The translations under genes were made by a program, and so were the position numbers. Under the pieces are notes generated by a model, which was not told the DNA's origin, did not search any database, and was given only the letters and a program-made list of their open reading frames with translations. 64,000 nt of DNA from Octopus vulgaris (taxonomy: Eukaryota), in contig OX597816.1 in assembly GCA_951406725.2 (NCBI GenBank), positions 118,854,001-118,918,000 on the forward strand, read 5' to 3'. Of the stretch, positions 40,909-55,000 are shown piece by piece (position 1 is the first letter of the stretch; the number at the start of each line of letters is the position of its first letter).

Positions 40909-41934
40909 AGATATTTCCTGTAATCTATTCTATATAAGAAGCAATGCAAATGTAAATCACTCAATCTCATTTTTACATTCTCTTTCACTCTTTTCCTCTC
41001 TCATTTCCTTTTACCAATTCAAATTATGTTTCAAAGCAGGAATAATTTATTTATCAGTAAATACATTTATGGTTGGATTTTGTTATTCAAATACATTATT
41101 AGAAAGACTTTATACATCAAGTTTGTTTCAATTAGTTTTGATAACAATTGTATGCATATTTTATGGCTATTTTCTTTGGATGTTTAATTAATCAAATGTA
41201 AAATGTTACATAAGTGAATTGTAAAGCGTTATAGGTTATAATTATAACATGTTCACAATGCTGATGGCTTTCAGAACACAATATATGAAATGCTGTCATC
41301 ATGATCAAAGATAAAATGGTCATAAAAAAATGGTAGTTATATAACAGTATGGATAAAACCGTCAAATAAAAGCCCAGCTATAAACAAGCTATTATTGGTT
41401 TGTATTTACAACTAAAACTGCCTATTCATAATGCCTAGTCACACGCACTAAATAATCTGGTGATATACAAAAAAGTATTCTAAAATGTTGTGTCAATTTA
41501 TTATTGAGTAATAGCTTTAATTAATGGCCTGTCTTTCAAATGAAAATCAAAATTTCGAATTTCTGTTGCTATTAGTATGTACCGTAAATAGCTGGATAAG
41601 TAGCAGAGTACATTACTCGATAACTGCTTTTATTGCATCTGTTAAGGTAAAAATTAAGGGATAGCTATAACCCTTGTAAGTAAGTTGTCTTTAAGACATT
41701 GAACATTAAAGCTACTTAATCTGTGCAGGCCACCGTGTTCTGGAAAAATCACTTGAATGTTACTGTGACCTAGTCGAGCTATTTGTCATCAGGCAATTTA
41801 CTACAAATGGAACCAGTTAGTGAAAGCAACGGAAGAAACGAGAAACTGCCGAGCGTTTCGATATTTTTTGTTTTGTTTAATTAAAGGCAGGTGATGGTCA
41901 TAACCTGAATGATATTTCACAGTTGTTTATCACT

Positions 41935-42292
41935 ATAAATCCTTGTTTACTAAGTTTCCTCCTCTCAATGGTAATACATGTAAGAATCTGTGATGAAAGA
42001 AATTAGATTGTATTAAACAAGTGCCTAAACAAAATTATCTTTTTCTCATTGTTTCTCCCACCGCAATTGGAATCAGTGATGGCAACACTGTCACTAATCC
42101 AGTTAAAAAATGAGTGAGAGTTATACATTTCTGAAGATTTGACAATGTAATTGGATTATATAATTTATATTATATAACTGATAATTATTTTTTGTAGATG
42201 AAATGTACGTAAGGCTTTATAACTAAATATTATATAAAACAAATTCTGCTGCTTTAATGTGACATATATGCACACACACACACACACACACA

Positions 42293-42329
<37 letters not shown>

Positions 42330-42761
42330 TCACACACATACACACACAAACGCACGCTCACACACACGCACGCACGCACGCACGCACACGCACAAACACA
42401 CACACACACACACCAATTAATGAATGACAATAAGGGTTGCATGGCCACCTTCGTCAGCTTACTGCTATTTCTGCTTTAAGTGCCGAGTGCTTGCGCAACA
42501 TCCTATAGTTTTCTCTGCACCATTTTGAATGCTTGTAGCTTAGTTTATTCTTTTGCAAGCGTTACAATCTGTCCTCCAGATTTATTAGTAAACATTATTC
42601 TTGATCGCTTGTCTCTATAAGTGCAAGCCAGAAACCTCTGCTTGTTCACATTATTTCCTGCAGATATCAACCTAGAAATGTTCAAACTAAGCAACCACTA
42701 CATTAATCTCACTAGCCTGGGTATGGTCTGCAAAATTCATGATCCCCGTAGGTACTCTTGA
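41935..42761 (+). pseudogene. IL-17-like pseudogene (start codon decayed to ATA, microsatellite inserted)
   Basis: INPCLLSFLLSMVIHVRICDER aligns with the 50227 signal peptide. Later it reads TICPPDLLVNIILDRLSL*VQARNLC and IPVG/YS* (compare SxCPW..NRxP..QARCLC and VPVGCTC). Confidence 0.55.
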
Positions 42762-42769
42762 GGAAAAAT

Positions 42770-42984
42770 TATGTATGTATGTATGTATGTATGTATGTAT
42801 GTATGTATGTATGTATGTATGTATGTATGTATGTATGTATGTATGTGTATGTTTGTATGTGCATGTGTATGTATGTGTATGTTTGTGTGTGCATATGTAT
42901 GTATGTATATATGTATGTATGTATGTGTGTATGTATGTATGTATGTATGTATGTGTATGTTTGTATGTGTATGTTTGTGTGTGC

Positions 42985-43015
<31 letters not shown>

Positions 43016-43064
43016 TGTGTATGTTTGTATGTGCATGTGTATGTATGTGCATGTTTGTGTGTGC

Positions 43065-43095
<31 letters not shown>

Positions 43096-43182
43096 TGTGT
43101 ATGTTTGTGTGTGCATATGTATGTATGTATGTATGTGTATGTTTGTATGTGCATGTGTATGTATGTGTATGTTTGTGTGTGC

Positions 43183-43213
<31 letters not shown>

Positions 43214-43258
43214 TGTATGTATGTATGTATGTATGTATGTATGTATGTATGTATGTAT
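42770..43258. repeat. Compound (TATG)n microsatellite with higher-order units
   Basis: Recurring tgtatgtttgtatgtgcatgtg and tgtatgtttgtgtgtgcata blocks among TATG runs. Confidence 0.9.
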
Positions 43259-43674
43259 AGTGAAGGTGCGTGGCTTAGTGGTTAGGCGTATTCTGCTCAC
43301 TATCGTAAGGGTGTGAGTTTTATACCCGGTGGCGCATTTTGTCCTCGCGCAAAACTCAGCTGGCGAAAATGAGTAGTACCTGTATTTCAAAGGGCCAGCC
43401 TTACCTCAGTCTGAGTCACGCTGAATCTCCTTGAAAATTACGCTAAGAGTACGAGTGTCTGTGGAGTGCTCAGTCACTTGCATGTTAATTTCACGAGCAG
43501 GCTGTTCCGTTGATCGGATCAACTGTAACCCTCGTCGTCGCACCCGACGGAGTACCATTATGTATGTATATTATGATTTCGCCTTAGGCATAGCGGTACT
43601 AATAACCAGTTATTAGAAGTCAATATACACATATTTTAGCGCAAAGCGAATACAAAGCGTAATGTTAATTAATG

Positions 43675-43865
43675 ACTGACAGGGAAACAAGAATAATGCA
43701 ATCAACTTCACAGGCTGTTTCTGCAATAAGAAGCTGTGTACTCAGAGCTGAGTACGTGTGCAACATCCTATGGCTTCTTCGAAGTCATTATAATGAAGTG
43801 GTGAAGGTATGACTATGGCAAAAGAAAAATAAACAATGCGGTACGCTCTCTGTCTGTGTTTCCTT
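43675..43865 (+). pseudogene. IL-17-like pseudogene remnant
   Basis: TDRETRIMQSTSQA / CFCNKKLC / CATSYGFFEVI..RYDYGKRKI / ALCLC across frameshifts. Confidence 0.45.
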
Positions 43866-44007
43866 CTTTTTTCTCCCCCCTCTCTCTCTATATATATAAA
43901 AGGTGTGTGTGTGTATGTATATATATATATGCATATGTGAGTATAAGCATACACACACGCATGCATATTCCTTCTTTCTTTATACATATATACATACATA
44001 CATACGT

Positions 44008-44075
<68 letters not shown>

Positions 44076-44309
44076 GAGTGTTGGTGGTTAGTGAATTACA
44101 GTTATTGTTTTTTTCTCTTATCACTGTAATTGACTTAACCGCTAGAAATTAATTTTGTCTATCAATTTGTCTGTGAGTGCAATAAAATGTTGTCAAATGG
44201 ATTATCCTACTGACTTCAGACGAAAATGTTGATTAATTATCTTATGTTGATTAATTGTCTGGATAGATAGTATATTAAAGAACTGATCGGTTGAATTGAT
44301 ATTTACAGT

Positions 44310-44580
44310 TTGTCTATTTGCCTTGTTGTTGGCGTTGCCCATCAAGCGGTAAAAATTCATCTCGCATTGCGAGTTTATTTCATAAGTCGATTGTGTATCA
44401 AATTATATCTGATGAAGTGAATGAACTCTAAATTTATTGCGTAGATTGCATGACTATGGCACTCGTTCATCGAAACATGCATAACATTGATTTGATTTCT
44501 CTTTTCGTCAATTTAAATTATTATTATTCACTGTTTGGATTATAACATGCTTATTTCTCATACATGCCTTGTTCTGGCGA
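44310..44580 (+). pseudogene. Possible further IL-17-like remnant
   Basis: RCPSSGKNSSRIASLF..YCVDCMT../ETCITL. The cysteine spacing is only loosely IL-17-like. Confidence 0.25.
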
Positions 44581-44730
44581 AGTATTCCATTAATAATTGA
44601 TCGAAGTATAATTAATCATCCTTTGGTTAATTAAAAAGTGCAAACTTTACACCTCATTCGAACACGTTGCTAACCAGGTTCCTGCATGAAGTGGTGAAGC
44701 GATCGCTTGGATTTTTGTATCCCCTCGATT

Positions 44731-44829
<99 letters not shown>

Positions 44830-45154
44830 GCTGTCTGTCTGTCTGTCTGTACACACACACACACATATATAATGAACGTTAAGCATACAGTTACGATCGT
44901 ACAAGATACTACAGATATCCTCGCTAGCATGTCTAAACTATGGTCGAACCAATACATCGCGCAAAGCATCTCCACATTACAATAAAATTCTAACTTGTAG
45001 TGTTTTCACTGCCAAGCTTAATACGTAAGTAGCCTACAAAAAAGAACTTTACATTTTAAAAAGACATTTAGTTTCACCGTTCTCAAAATTCGAATGTATA
45101 CTCAAATTTAGGCTCAAGCCATCTTACACTTACCATTTCACACTTTCCTACTTC

Positions 45155-45382
45155 ACAGTGCTGTTATTATATCTTTAACAAACATTTTGCTAAGGAGTGT
45201 TATAGTTGTTTGTGTAACGATAGCTGTTTTGGTAAGGAGGCAAAATTCCAACCCTGAAATTGCAGACACGACTTGGTGTTTTCTGAGTGAAAAATATCTA
45301 TAAACGATATAGTATAGAATAGACGTAGAATCGGAAAACTGTACAGAAAAATATATGTACGTGTGTCCCTAAACACCTTTAA
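45155..45382 (+). pseudogene. IL-17-like pseudogene remnant
   Basis: SQCCYYIFNKHFAKECYSCLCNDSCFGKE..NCRHDLVF, with a terminal ICTCVPKHL* (canonical IL-17 CTC end). Confidence 0.6.
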
Positions 45383-45418
45383 GGGGAAATTCAAATAGCA
45401 TATCCATTCGTTTAGATA

Positions 45419-46203
45419 TCATGAGTAACATGATATCTCTTGCGAAATGCACTTAGTTTTTGAAAGACATCTTGATCGTATCTTGAACGCAAGACATGAA
45501 AAGCATTTAACCTCGAATAGCAAGGATGGCATTTTCCAAATTTTGATGAGGATTTGATGTTCCGCACATCTATACAGCATGATTGGAGTCTTCAGCGACA
45601 ACATAAAAGCATCAATCCATTTCTATGTCAGACTGTCTAAATCTTTTAGCATCTGCAATGGTGTGAATCGAAAATTTGTTTTGGCACCAATGTTTTGGGA
45701 ATATTCTTTACTCTGCTTTTAGAATATGCTTACAGGGTTTCAACGAAAAAATCCACACTGCATACCTGACCAAACAGACATCTATACAATTTCGCAAAAT
45801 TGATATTCCAAACGCAGTTATGTTACCAGAGGCGAAGATAATACGGGAGCGAGGGGGGCGTCCGCTTCCCCCGAGCACGTTTTTCAAATTTGGTACCTTT
45901 TCAACAGTTTTTCTCACTCTTTAGTTAACTATATTAATAGTTGTAAATTTCATACATAATGACATTGTTAATGAAATATGAAATTAATAAGTGTAGAATA
46001 AATTACGTATATTATAACTAATGAAATATTTCGCGTAATATAAGAGAAATTAGTTAAAAATTGTTTGGTGTGTGTCACGGCGCCTTTTTTTTATGTGCGC
46101 GCTCCCACTAACTTTAGAACATGGCTAGGCCTCTGATGTATATACCTTATCAGTGATATGTTTACGAACTATTAACCTAATATTTAACAAAAACAAAATA
46201 CGT
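45419..46203 (-). pseudogene. IL-17-like pseudogene interrupted by a MITE; start decayed to ACG
   Basis: ORF 45419-45604 reads RCAEHQ..KMPSLLFEVKCFSCL..RCLS..ISCYS*; IFSLKPC lies upstream. The start context ggaaatatcaACG parallels ggaaatatctATG at 40908. Confidence 0.55.
45827..46136. mobile_element. MITE with CAGAGGC/GCCTCTG ends
   Basis: GC-rich subterminal regions; similar flanks tatgttac / atgtatac. Confidence 0.6.
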
Positions 46204-46469
46204 TGATATTTCCTTAATATTTACATCTACACGATTCTAAGCATACATATAAATTACACCACTATTTGATGTGCAAATTACCATTACCAACACCAAAATA
46301 AAGAAGATCCAAATCAGAAATGGATGTGCGGTTAAGAAGCTTGCTTTGCAACCACGTGGTGTCAGGTTCAGTCTCATAGCGCGGTACGTTGGGCAGGTGT
46401 CCTCTGTTACAGTCCCAAGACGAACTATGCCTTGTGAGTGAATCTGCGTGGAAGCCCATCACACACACA

Positions 46470-46527
<58 letters not shown>

Positions 46528-46556
46528 CGTATTTATGTATCTATGTATGTGTGCAT

Positions 46557-46644
<88 letters not shown>

Positions 46645-47468
46645 CTAACTAACTAAAAACATATAATTGCCAACCAAGTGTGGCGTCCTATACAGGACAG
46701 TGCTACTGACGTTTAGAGCCCCAGGAAGACCAGACTATCAGATGTTGTTATACACCGCTTGGTCAGAATATGCTTCCTCGCATTGTTATAGCTTTCGAAC
46801 GATGCCACTTTGTTGGTTAGGCGGGCAAGCCAACACTCCATTGTGTGTGTGCATGCACGCGCGCGATATAGTAACAGACTTTAAAAAGTCCTGGGGGCGA
46901 TCCCTTTGACTAAAGTAATAAACCGTTCAAGGCAGTATCCCAGCTTGGCCGCAGCCCAGTGACTGAAACTTCTATAAAATATAAGATAAATGATAAAAGC
47001 GGTATATATAAAAACATTATTCATATTTAAAGATGACGTTAATATTCTGAAAAACTATAATCTTAAGTGTAACTTGTCTCAGGACTTAATGCTCTTAGTT
47101 GCTACCACGTTTTAAATGTAGAGGGCTGGCTGAAAGTCACGAGCAAATAAATTCAATATACTCCGGAATTGTAGAAGACATGATTCAATTTTTCTAAAAT
47201 TGGATAAAACAATCATACAGAATGAACAAAATGAATAATAATGATTTCAAGTTTTGGCGCAAGGTCAGTAATTTCCGGGGAGTAGGTAAGTCGATTATAC
47301 CAGACCCCAGTATTCAACTGGTACTCATTTTACTGACACGGCGACGTAATTTGAACTCAGGACACGTAAGGACGGACGAAATGCCGCTAAGCATTTTGCC
47401 CAGCGCGCTCATGATTCTGCCAGCTCGCCGCTGTTTGAATAATAATAATAATAATGATGATGATGATG

Positions 47469-47520
<52 letters not shown>

Positions 47521-47528
47521 TGATGATG

Positions 47529-47560
<32 letters not shown>

Positions 47561-47594
47561 GATAATGATGATGATAGTTATAATAATAACTACT

Positions 47595-48500
47595 AAAGAC
47601 AGTGAATAAGGAACCGGTGATCAAGTGTAGAATAGGAGAAAAGGACAAAAATGAAACCCAAAGAGAGCACGTTAGACAGATTGAAAAGAATTCAATTTTG
47701 GAGAGCCATTGAAAATATATGTGGAGCAAAATCCTGGGCTCGGTTTAAAAAAGGACAATTCATAAAAGAAACAAAGAGTCTAATTGTAGTAGCCCAGGAA
47801 CAAGCGATAAAAAGACGAACTGCTTGAGAAAAAGTGTATATGGGGAGAATGTGTCAGAAAAATGTAGTCTGTGGAACTTGGAACGAGACAGTGGCACACA
47901 TTATTGCAGAATGTCCCAAGTTGGCACAGGAAGAATAAGAAATGGAGGCATGACCAAATTGTAAAAGTTTTACACTGGAAGCTTTGCCAGAAATAGGAAT
48001 TTGAAGATGGAGACACATGGTATAAACGTCAGGTTGAAAGAATGCTGGAGTTGGAGAATTGTAAGATTTTGTGGCACTTTCATATTCAAACGGACAAGAA
48101 GCTAGAAAATAATAAACCAGACATAACAATAATAGACAAAGAAAAGCGAACTTGCCACTAATTGATCCATCATGTCCGTTTGATTCCAGGATCGTAAAGA
48201 AAGACGGAGAAAAAGAATATCTATAATCCCTTAAAATTTGAAATTGCAAGAATTTGGATTATGAAAAGTGTAAAGGTTGTGCCTATAATAATAAGCAAAG
48301 ATATAGAGAAATGGTTAAAGGGGATTGGAATAGAATGTCTTGTGGAGCTACAGAAAGTTTGCCTGATAGGGACAGAGAAGATTATTAGGAGGGTCCTAAG
48401 CATTTGAAGGACTATCTAAACCTCGTGGATACCTAAGTTCAAAGAATGTAACCCGCTACCCACATAAATTCTATCAGGAATAAGTGTGAACCCGAGCCAA
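47595..48500 (+). mobile_element. 5'-truncated Dong/R4-clade non-LTR element between (AAT/GAT)n and (CAA)n microsatellites
   Basis: ETVAHIIAECPKLAQ..RHD..KILWHFHIQTDKKLENNKPDI..LQKVCLIGTEKIIRRVL (CCHC and restriction-like endonuclease). Confidence 0.9.
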
Positions 48501-48503
48501 ATC

Positions 48504-48534
<31 letters not shown>

Positions 48535-49499
48535 CCAGCAGCAACAGCAGCAACAGCAGCAACGGCAACAACAACAACGCAATATAAAGAAAATAAACGT
48601 TTTTTGCGTGACTTTTGACCCACCCTGTATATCAAGAGTGCTTTCGGTAACCTGTATTTTTTCAAAAAAAAAGGTAATGCAACTTTAAATCTCTCTAATT
48701 TTTTACAATCATTTTCTTCAACTCTTTCTCTCGCATTCACTTTCACTTACACAAATTATTTTTCAAAGTAGGAACAATTATTTTCCCGTAATACATTTTT
48801 AGTTGAACTTTGTTATTCAAATACATCGTTAGAAATAATTTACGTTATTACGTTCATTTCAGTTAGTTTTGATAACAATCTTATCCAAATTTATTGCTAT
48901 TTTACTTGCTTTGAAGATTTCAATTAAACACAAGCTTTATGATACATCAGTGAATTGTAAAGCTTTACAGGTCATAATGGTGGCATGTTCACAATACTGG
49001 TGGATTTCAGAAGACAAATATTTAAACTACAAAAAACAAAACACGACAAAAAACATCCCCTTCTCCCAGAACAAACAGAAATCTCAAGTTGGAAATAAGC
49101 TATTGTTGGTTTGTATTTACAACCAAAGCTACTTATTCATGATGCTCAGTCACAAGCACTTAATTATCCGAGGGTGTAGACTGTAAAATATTCTGAAATA
49201 TCGCGTGTCTGTTGTTGCATAATAGCTTTAATTGAAGGCTCCATACCAAGCTTCTGAACGCAAACAAAAATTTACAATAACTATCTGTAATTAGAATATG
49301 CAATAGGACGGTGGTTAGACAGAATCGTTGGAGTGCCGGGAAAAGCGTATTTCTTCTGGCTCTTTTACGTCTTGGGTCAAAACCCCGCCGAATTTAACTT
49401 TGCCTTTCATCCCGCCGGGAGTAAAAGTAACAGTCAAGTACTAGGGTGATTGTTATCGACTAAATCCCTCCCCCCAAAACACTGTTGGCCCTGTGATTT

Positions 49500-49849
49500 C
49501 AGTGGTTCTCAATCGGGATCCATATAGCCCCTGAAGGTTCATGTAAGATTCTTAAGGGTCCACGTAACAAAACAATAAATTGGGGGTCCACAGTAGTATT
49601 TTATGGGTTCCTGAAAACATTTCGCTTCAGATGTATGTATTGGTATGTACTACAAGAATAAGCTAGGTTTCTTTCTCTAAATTTTTACATAGTTCAACCT
49701 ATACAAGTTAATGTGTGAAAATCAAGATAGGAATTTTGAAAGAAGTGTCTATAAAACTAGTTTTTAATCATCGAATGGCTATAAGGGTCCACCAGAATAA
49801 AATAATAATCAACGGGGCGCATAGATAAAAAAAATGGTTGAGAACCTCT
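49500..49849. mobile_element. hAT/Charlie-like MITE nested in a family A SINE
   Basis: cagtggttctcaa ... ttgagaacctctg. Confidence 0.75.
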
Positions 49850-50226
49850 GGCTTAAATCGAAAACCATAAAGACGTACAGTAGGTGGGTATGTGATAGAA
49901 CATATGATCCAAGTCCTGTTTTTATTTTTTGTCTTCTATCATTGAAGGTGAAAGCTAATAAAAGCTAGAGCTGATTTAGTAAAGTTCTTTGGATGCCGAT
50001 GTCGCAAAGCTAAATTTTCACGAGACTTAGCATGTAGCTTTTCCCAGAGTTCCGGGAAAATTATTCGTATGACGCTACGAGTGAGCTGAGTTAACTGAAA
50101 GAGATACTATATAACAGATGTACATGACGTGTGTTTCGTTATTGTTATAATGTTGAATTGAATTGAAATGTCAGTCTTGATATGGGCGAAGCTTGTGTTC
50201 CCTTCCAGAGTTGGTAGTTGTTCATT

Positions 50227-50850
50227 ATGGTAATCTATTTCATTATTTTTATTATGTTGTACTCAGTGATAAATGCAGGAATCTCTGATGAACGGCAATT
50301 GTCTCAACAAAATTCCATTTTCTTCCAGCGAATAAAAACTCTTTTCATAGGAGTAGATCATTTTGTTTCACTTAGTGTCGGAAATCTTGTCACCAAAATT
50401 AGTAAAAATTTTTTCTCTAGACTTAAAAAACAGCAAACAGCAACCATAACGTAAATCCAAGGATTAAACAATATATTGTTTAATTTGGCCAGGGTAAATC
50501 TTCCTACACAATTGTAGAATTATGAAAAGCTACGAAGCGGTCTAGTAACATCTCTACCAGGCTACTTTCAGTATCTGATGAGGACTATTACAGGTCACTA
50601 GGGTTGAATGAAAATATATCCTATGATGAAACATAATACCAGGGAATGTTGCGCATGGATGAAAATAATACAGTCTTCATAACTTTCTGCATATGATAAA
50701 TTAGCAACCTACAATGTGTTAGCTGTGTCAGTGCTCATACCAACATTTGGGTAGCTTAAAGGGACGCCATACATTTTAAACCGGAAAACTATGAGCCAGT
50801 ACCAAAAATTTTCCATCAGGAGGCCATCCCTACTCAAAATGAAAGCAAGG
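50227..50850 (+). pseudogene. IL-17-like pseudogene with an intact signal peptide
   Basis: MVIYFIIFIMLYSVINA-GISDERQ..., open to 50454. It then reads SYDET/IIPGNVAHG*K* (compare YDENRIP..AKCKC), C..VLIP and YEPVPKIF, with stops and shifts. Confidence 0.5.
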
Positions 50851-51328
50851 AAGCAGGCGCTTAACATTCTTTCAAAGAGCCTTTGAATATCGGATCCTAT
50901 CTTTTCGACAGCATCTCATAACCACTAAATATCGAAGTGATTCTATATATCAAATCTGTATGCAAGAGACAAGTAGCCATGTGAATAATTGAAAGGGCTT
51001 CTTCGAAAATTAATTAGTAACTGATGACTAATGATACATGCCCAAGAAAGTTGTATAGCTTCGTCGCACCAACATCAGACGAAAAGCTGGTGGAAGTTCA
51101 TGCATGGCTAAACTTCATTAGTAGAGTAGTCCATCTTGAACTAAAAATTGGTGTATTACTTCGCACTTTAAAGGGCATGCTCTAGTAATCTAAGGATAGG
51201 AAATAACAAAATACCCGATAAACAAAAGGAATAGGGATATAGGTAAACACTGAGATATGACAAACAGTGCTCTCAAATACCCTCACAATGCTGTGTACCT
51301 TTCATAATAACGTCGTTGTCTAAAAGCT

Positions 51329-51600
51329 ATGAAATGTAATTCCTAGAAAAGATAGTTCTGATTTTGAAAATATATTAAAAGTTACACTGACGTGGAAGGA
51401 ACTCACTCATGAAATAATACTGGCAAAATGTCCTTGTGGAAGCTGTTTGTCAAATATAGGTACAACAGGTCAGATAATAGTTTAAGACAGCGAAAAGAAA
51501 GTGTGCACAGCAGTAGATGTTAGTATAGTGTTTAAGATGAAAGAAGAAAAAAGCATCTATGTTAAATTAATCAGAAATTTGCGAATGCTACATCCATAAT
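51329..51600 (+). pseudogene. IL-17-like pseudogene remnant
   Basis: HEIILAKCPCGSCLSN..*..KVCTAVDVSIVFK..IYVKLIRNL in one frame, which is the IL-17 AKCxCxxC...C..V pattern. Confidence 0.6.
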
Positions 51601-51809
51601 GTTACTTTAGATTTATACCTACCTACCTACCTACATGCACACATAATACATACGTGTGTTTATAACAAAGTCTCTAAAACGGATTTTATCTCGAACGAAA
51701 ACTGTAGCATCTTGCCTATCAACAGTGTGCATACATCAAGTATGACATTTAGATGTCTATTTTAATTTAAATCGGCTTCATTTGCAGACATTAGATATAT
51801 GTGTGTGTG

Positions 51810-52808
51810 TGCGGCGCTGGAGAGAGTAGAGTTTCAAGGCTTTAAGGCAGTCCCAGTAATCGAGATCAGTCATACCTTCAGTTCGTTTAGTGAGTGTCCT
51901 CTAGGGTGATTCAATCCTCGAGATGTTTTGTTTTGTTAGGGAGACCACAAGGGGCAGCAGTATTCGAGGTATGGCCGTACAAAGGAGGAGAAAAGTGGAC
52001 CGGAAGGTTCTTAAGATCCAGGAGCTCATCATCCTACGAGCTATATCGACCTTATTGTTGATGTGGGCACTTCAACTGAGATTGTTATCATCAATTACAC
52101 CCAGGTTTCTGATATCATTAGATGCCGTGAGCGGTTCCCCTGAAGGAAGAGAGTATGGCTGTTTTAGTATAGAGTTTGTTCCAAAATGCATCAGCTCAAA
52201 TTTTCCCTCTTTCAGTTGCATTTTGTTTTTATCTACCCATTGACTCACAACATATAGATCAGACTGGAGTTGAGTTCGGTCTTCTTCATTGATGAGTTGC
52301 TGGAGTTTAGTGTCATCAGCAAATATTTTCACTTTGTAGTGATCTACGACGCTGAAAAGGTCATTTATGTAAATTATAAAGAGGAGCAGGTCCATGACAG
52401 TCCCCTGAGGGACCCCACTGGTGATTTTGCTGGGCTTGAGTGGTCTCTATCGATCACAACTTCTGGTGTTCTATTCGCCAGGAAATACTTAATCCAGTGT
52501 AGAAGTTTTCCACGGATTCCAACATTTGCCAATTTTGAGAGTAAGATATTATGGTCAACCGTGTCGAACGCTTTACTGAAGTCAAGATATATGACATCAG
52601 AGTTCGAGCCTGTTCCCAAGGCTTTAAGTATATCTTCAATGTGGTGTAAGAACTGTGTTAGATAGTCCCTGCCACAGCGAAAGCCATGCTGATTTGCATT
52701 TAGGAGTTTGTGGGTCTCCGGGAAGTCAGCTATCCTTGATCTTATCACTCTTTCAAACACTTTAATGATGTGGTAGGTGAGTGAGATTGGGCGATAGTTG
52801 ACTGCGAG
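51810..52808 (-). mobile_element. CR1-clade LINE reverse transcriptase fragment, frameshifted
   Basis: NYRPISLT..QHGFR..YLDFSKAFDTVDH..LLFIIYINDL..FADDTKL..LQSDL. Confidence 0.93.
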
Positions 52809-53719
52809 GGATATTTGTAAGTATGTGGCAAAGTGATTAGGGTGTCAGCACCATGATCGTAAGATTGTAGTTTCGATTCCTGGACCGGGCGACGTGTTGT
52901 GTTCTTGAGCAAAACACTTCATTTCACGTTGCTCCAGTCCACTCAGCTGTAAATGAGTAACGCCGCGATGGACTGGGGAACACGTACGCCACAGAAACCG
53001 GAAAACCGGGCCCATAAACCTGACTAGGCTTTAAAAGGGCGCATTTATTTTTATTATGTATGTATGTATGTATGTATGTATGTATGTATGTATGTATGTA
53101 TGTGTATGTATATATGTGTGTGTGTATGTATGTATGTATATATATATGTATGTGCGTATGTTATATATTTATATCTATATATACGATAGATTATAGGCAG
53201 ACTAATAAGAAGGTAGGCACATAAATATATAACAAAGATAGTTATCGGATTTAATTTAGTTTTGTAAGAGACCTAAACAAACTGAAACTAAACTTGCTCC
53301 ACCAACGGAGAAAACTACAATCACAAAGTTGTCATGCAACACAGTTCTATTAATCGAATGCCAGAACTCTTTTGACCTGATTGCACAGAATCTGTTGGAT
53401 CGTTATTACAGCTTCATGTATCAGAAACGGTAAAAGAATTGTAGAAGTGATGCTGTTCATAGATTTATTTATGAATATCGGTGAACGCCAGCCTCTATCA
53501 TGTTATCGGTATATATATATATATATATACATACATACATACATATATATCCCAGCTTTGTTATCCTGTCTGCCTGTCTTTCTGTCTGTCTGTCTCTCCG
53601 CCATCTCTCCCTCCCCCTCCCTTTCTCTCCCCCTTGTACCTCTTGCTGTCAATGTCGCTTTGTCCCCCCTCATCTCTCATGTGTATATGTTGGTGCGTGT
53701 CTGTGTAGGTATGTATGTG

Positions 53720-53760
<41 letters not shown>

Positions 53761-53911
53761 TTGCACTCCACAAACTCAATACATACACATATAGATATAA
53801 ATATACATGCATATACATACACACATGTACACACACAATCCCTATATATATATATATACAAACACATAACGTAGCCATATACGTGCTTACAGACATGCAT
53901 ACATACATACA

Positions 53912-53946
<35 letters not shown>

Positions 53947-54109
53947 CCCAGCTTTGTCTTCCTGTCTGTCTTTCTGTCTGTCTGTCTGTCTGTCTGTCTG
54001 TCACTCACTCTTTCTCTCTCCCCCTCTTTCTCTCTCTCTCTGTCTTTCTCTCTCTTGGCCCATCTCCCTCTCTGTCTTTATAAACTACATATTTTGTCTT
54101 ATTCTAACC

Positions 54110-54300
54110 TCTTGATGCAAGGGAGATAACCCTTTCAATCAGTCACATAGGCTGCTTGCAGACGTGTCTATTTGAGTGTCAAAATAGACTGCTATCACGA
54201 GAGCAGTTGCATTGAAGAGGATTCTGTTCTGCTGACGTACAACAATGTTTTGACGGGAGTTAAAAAATAACATTAATTGTTGCTATATAAAATATCCCGT
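54110..54300 (-). pseudogene. Possible IL-17-like remnant
   Basis: FYIATINV..LPS../QCNCSR..HVCKQPM*LI. Weak. Confidence 0.25.
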
Positions 54301-54655
54301 TGTTGTCTTGTCACATAACGTAGCCATATACGTGCTTACAGACATGCATACATATATACACGCACCTACGTAGATTTAGACAAACGTACATACGTGCATA
54401 TCTATAATCTCTCACTCTCCTCCCTCTCTCCTTTTTTATTCCTTTATTTGTTTCAGCCATTTGTGGCCATGCCGGAGCACCACATTGAAGGGTTTTAGTC
54501 AAACAAATCGACCACCAAGACTTGTTTTTTAAAACTTGTACTTATTCTAAATCTTGTACTTATTCTACCTTACTCTTTTGCCGAATCGCTAAGTTACGGG
54601 GATGTAAACGCACCAACACCAGTTGTCAAGCGGTGATGGAGTGGGACAAACACAG

Positions 54656-54698
<43 letters not shown>

Positions 54699-54925
54699 TA
54701 CATACGCACATAAACACGCACACACACAGCATGACCGCAGTCAAATTACTGATACAAGTAAAAGAATAAGAGAATAAAATTATATATATTTGACTGCGGC
54801 CATGCTGGAGCACCGCCTTTAGTCGAACAAATCGGCCCCAGGACTTATTATTTGTAAGCCTAGTAGTTATTCAATCGGTCACTTTTGTCGAACCGCAAAG
54901 TTGCGGGGTCGTAAACACATATATG

Positions 54926-55000
<75 letters not shown>

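Noticed and set aside
42687-43390. Long 165-217 aa ORFs (also near 34091, 53500 and 59100)
   Set aside because: They are translations of TATG, CA and TACC microsatellites.
44405-44485. CTGATGA...8-bp stem...GAAACATGC hammerhead-like motif
   Set aside because: It lacks the U of the NUH site, has a mismatched first stem II pair, and overlaps a possible cytokine remnant. Chance cannot be excluded.
50570-50640. CTGATGA...GAAACATA hammerhead-like motif
   Set aside because: Stem II does not start next to the core, stem III is not palindromic, and the bases are better explained as the SYDET/IIPG part of the IL-17-like remnant.
53270-53480. Another IL-17-like remnant
   Set aside because: Scattered cysteines and NRMP- or DPT-like words occur on both strands with no consistent motif order.
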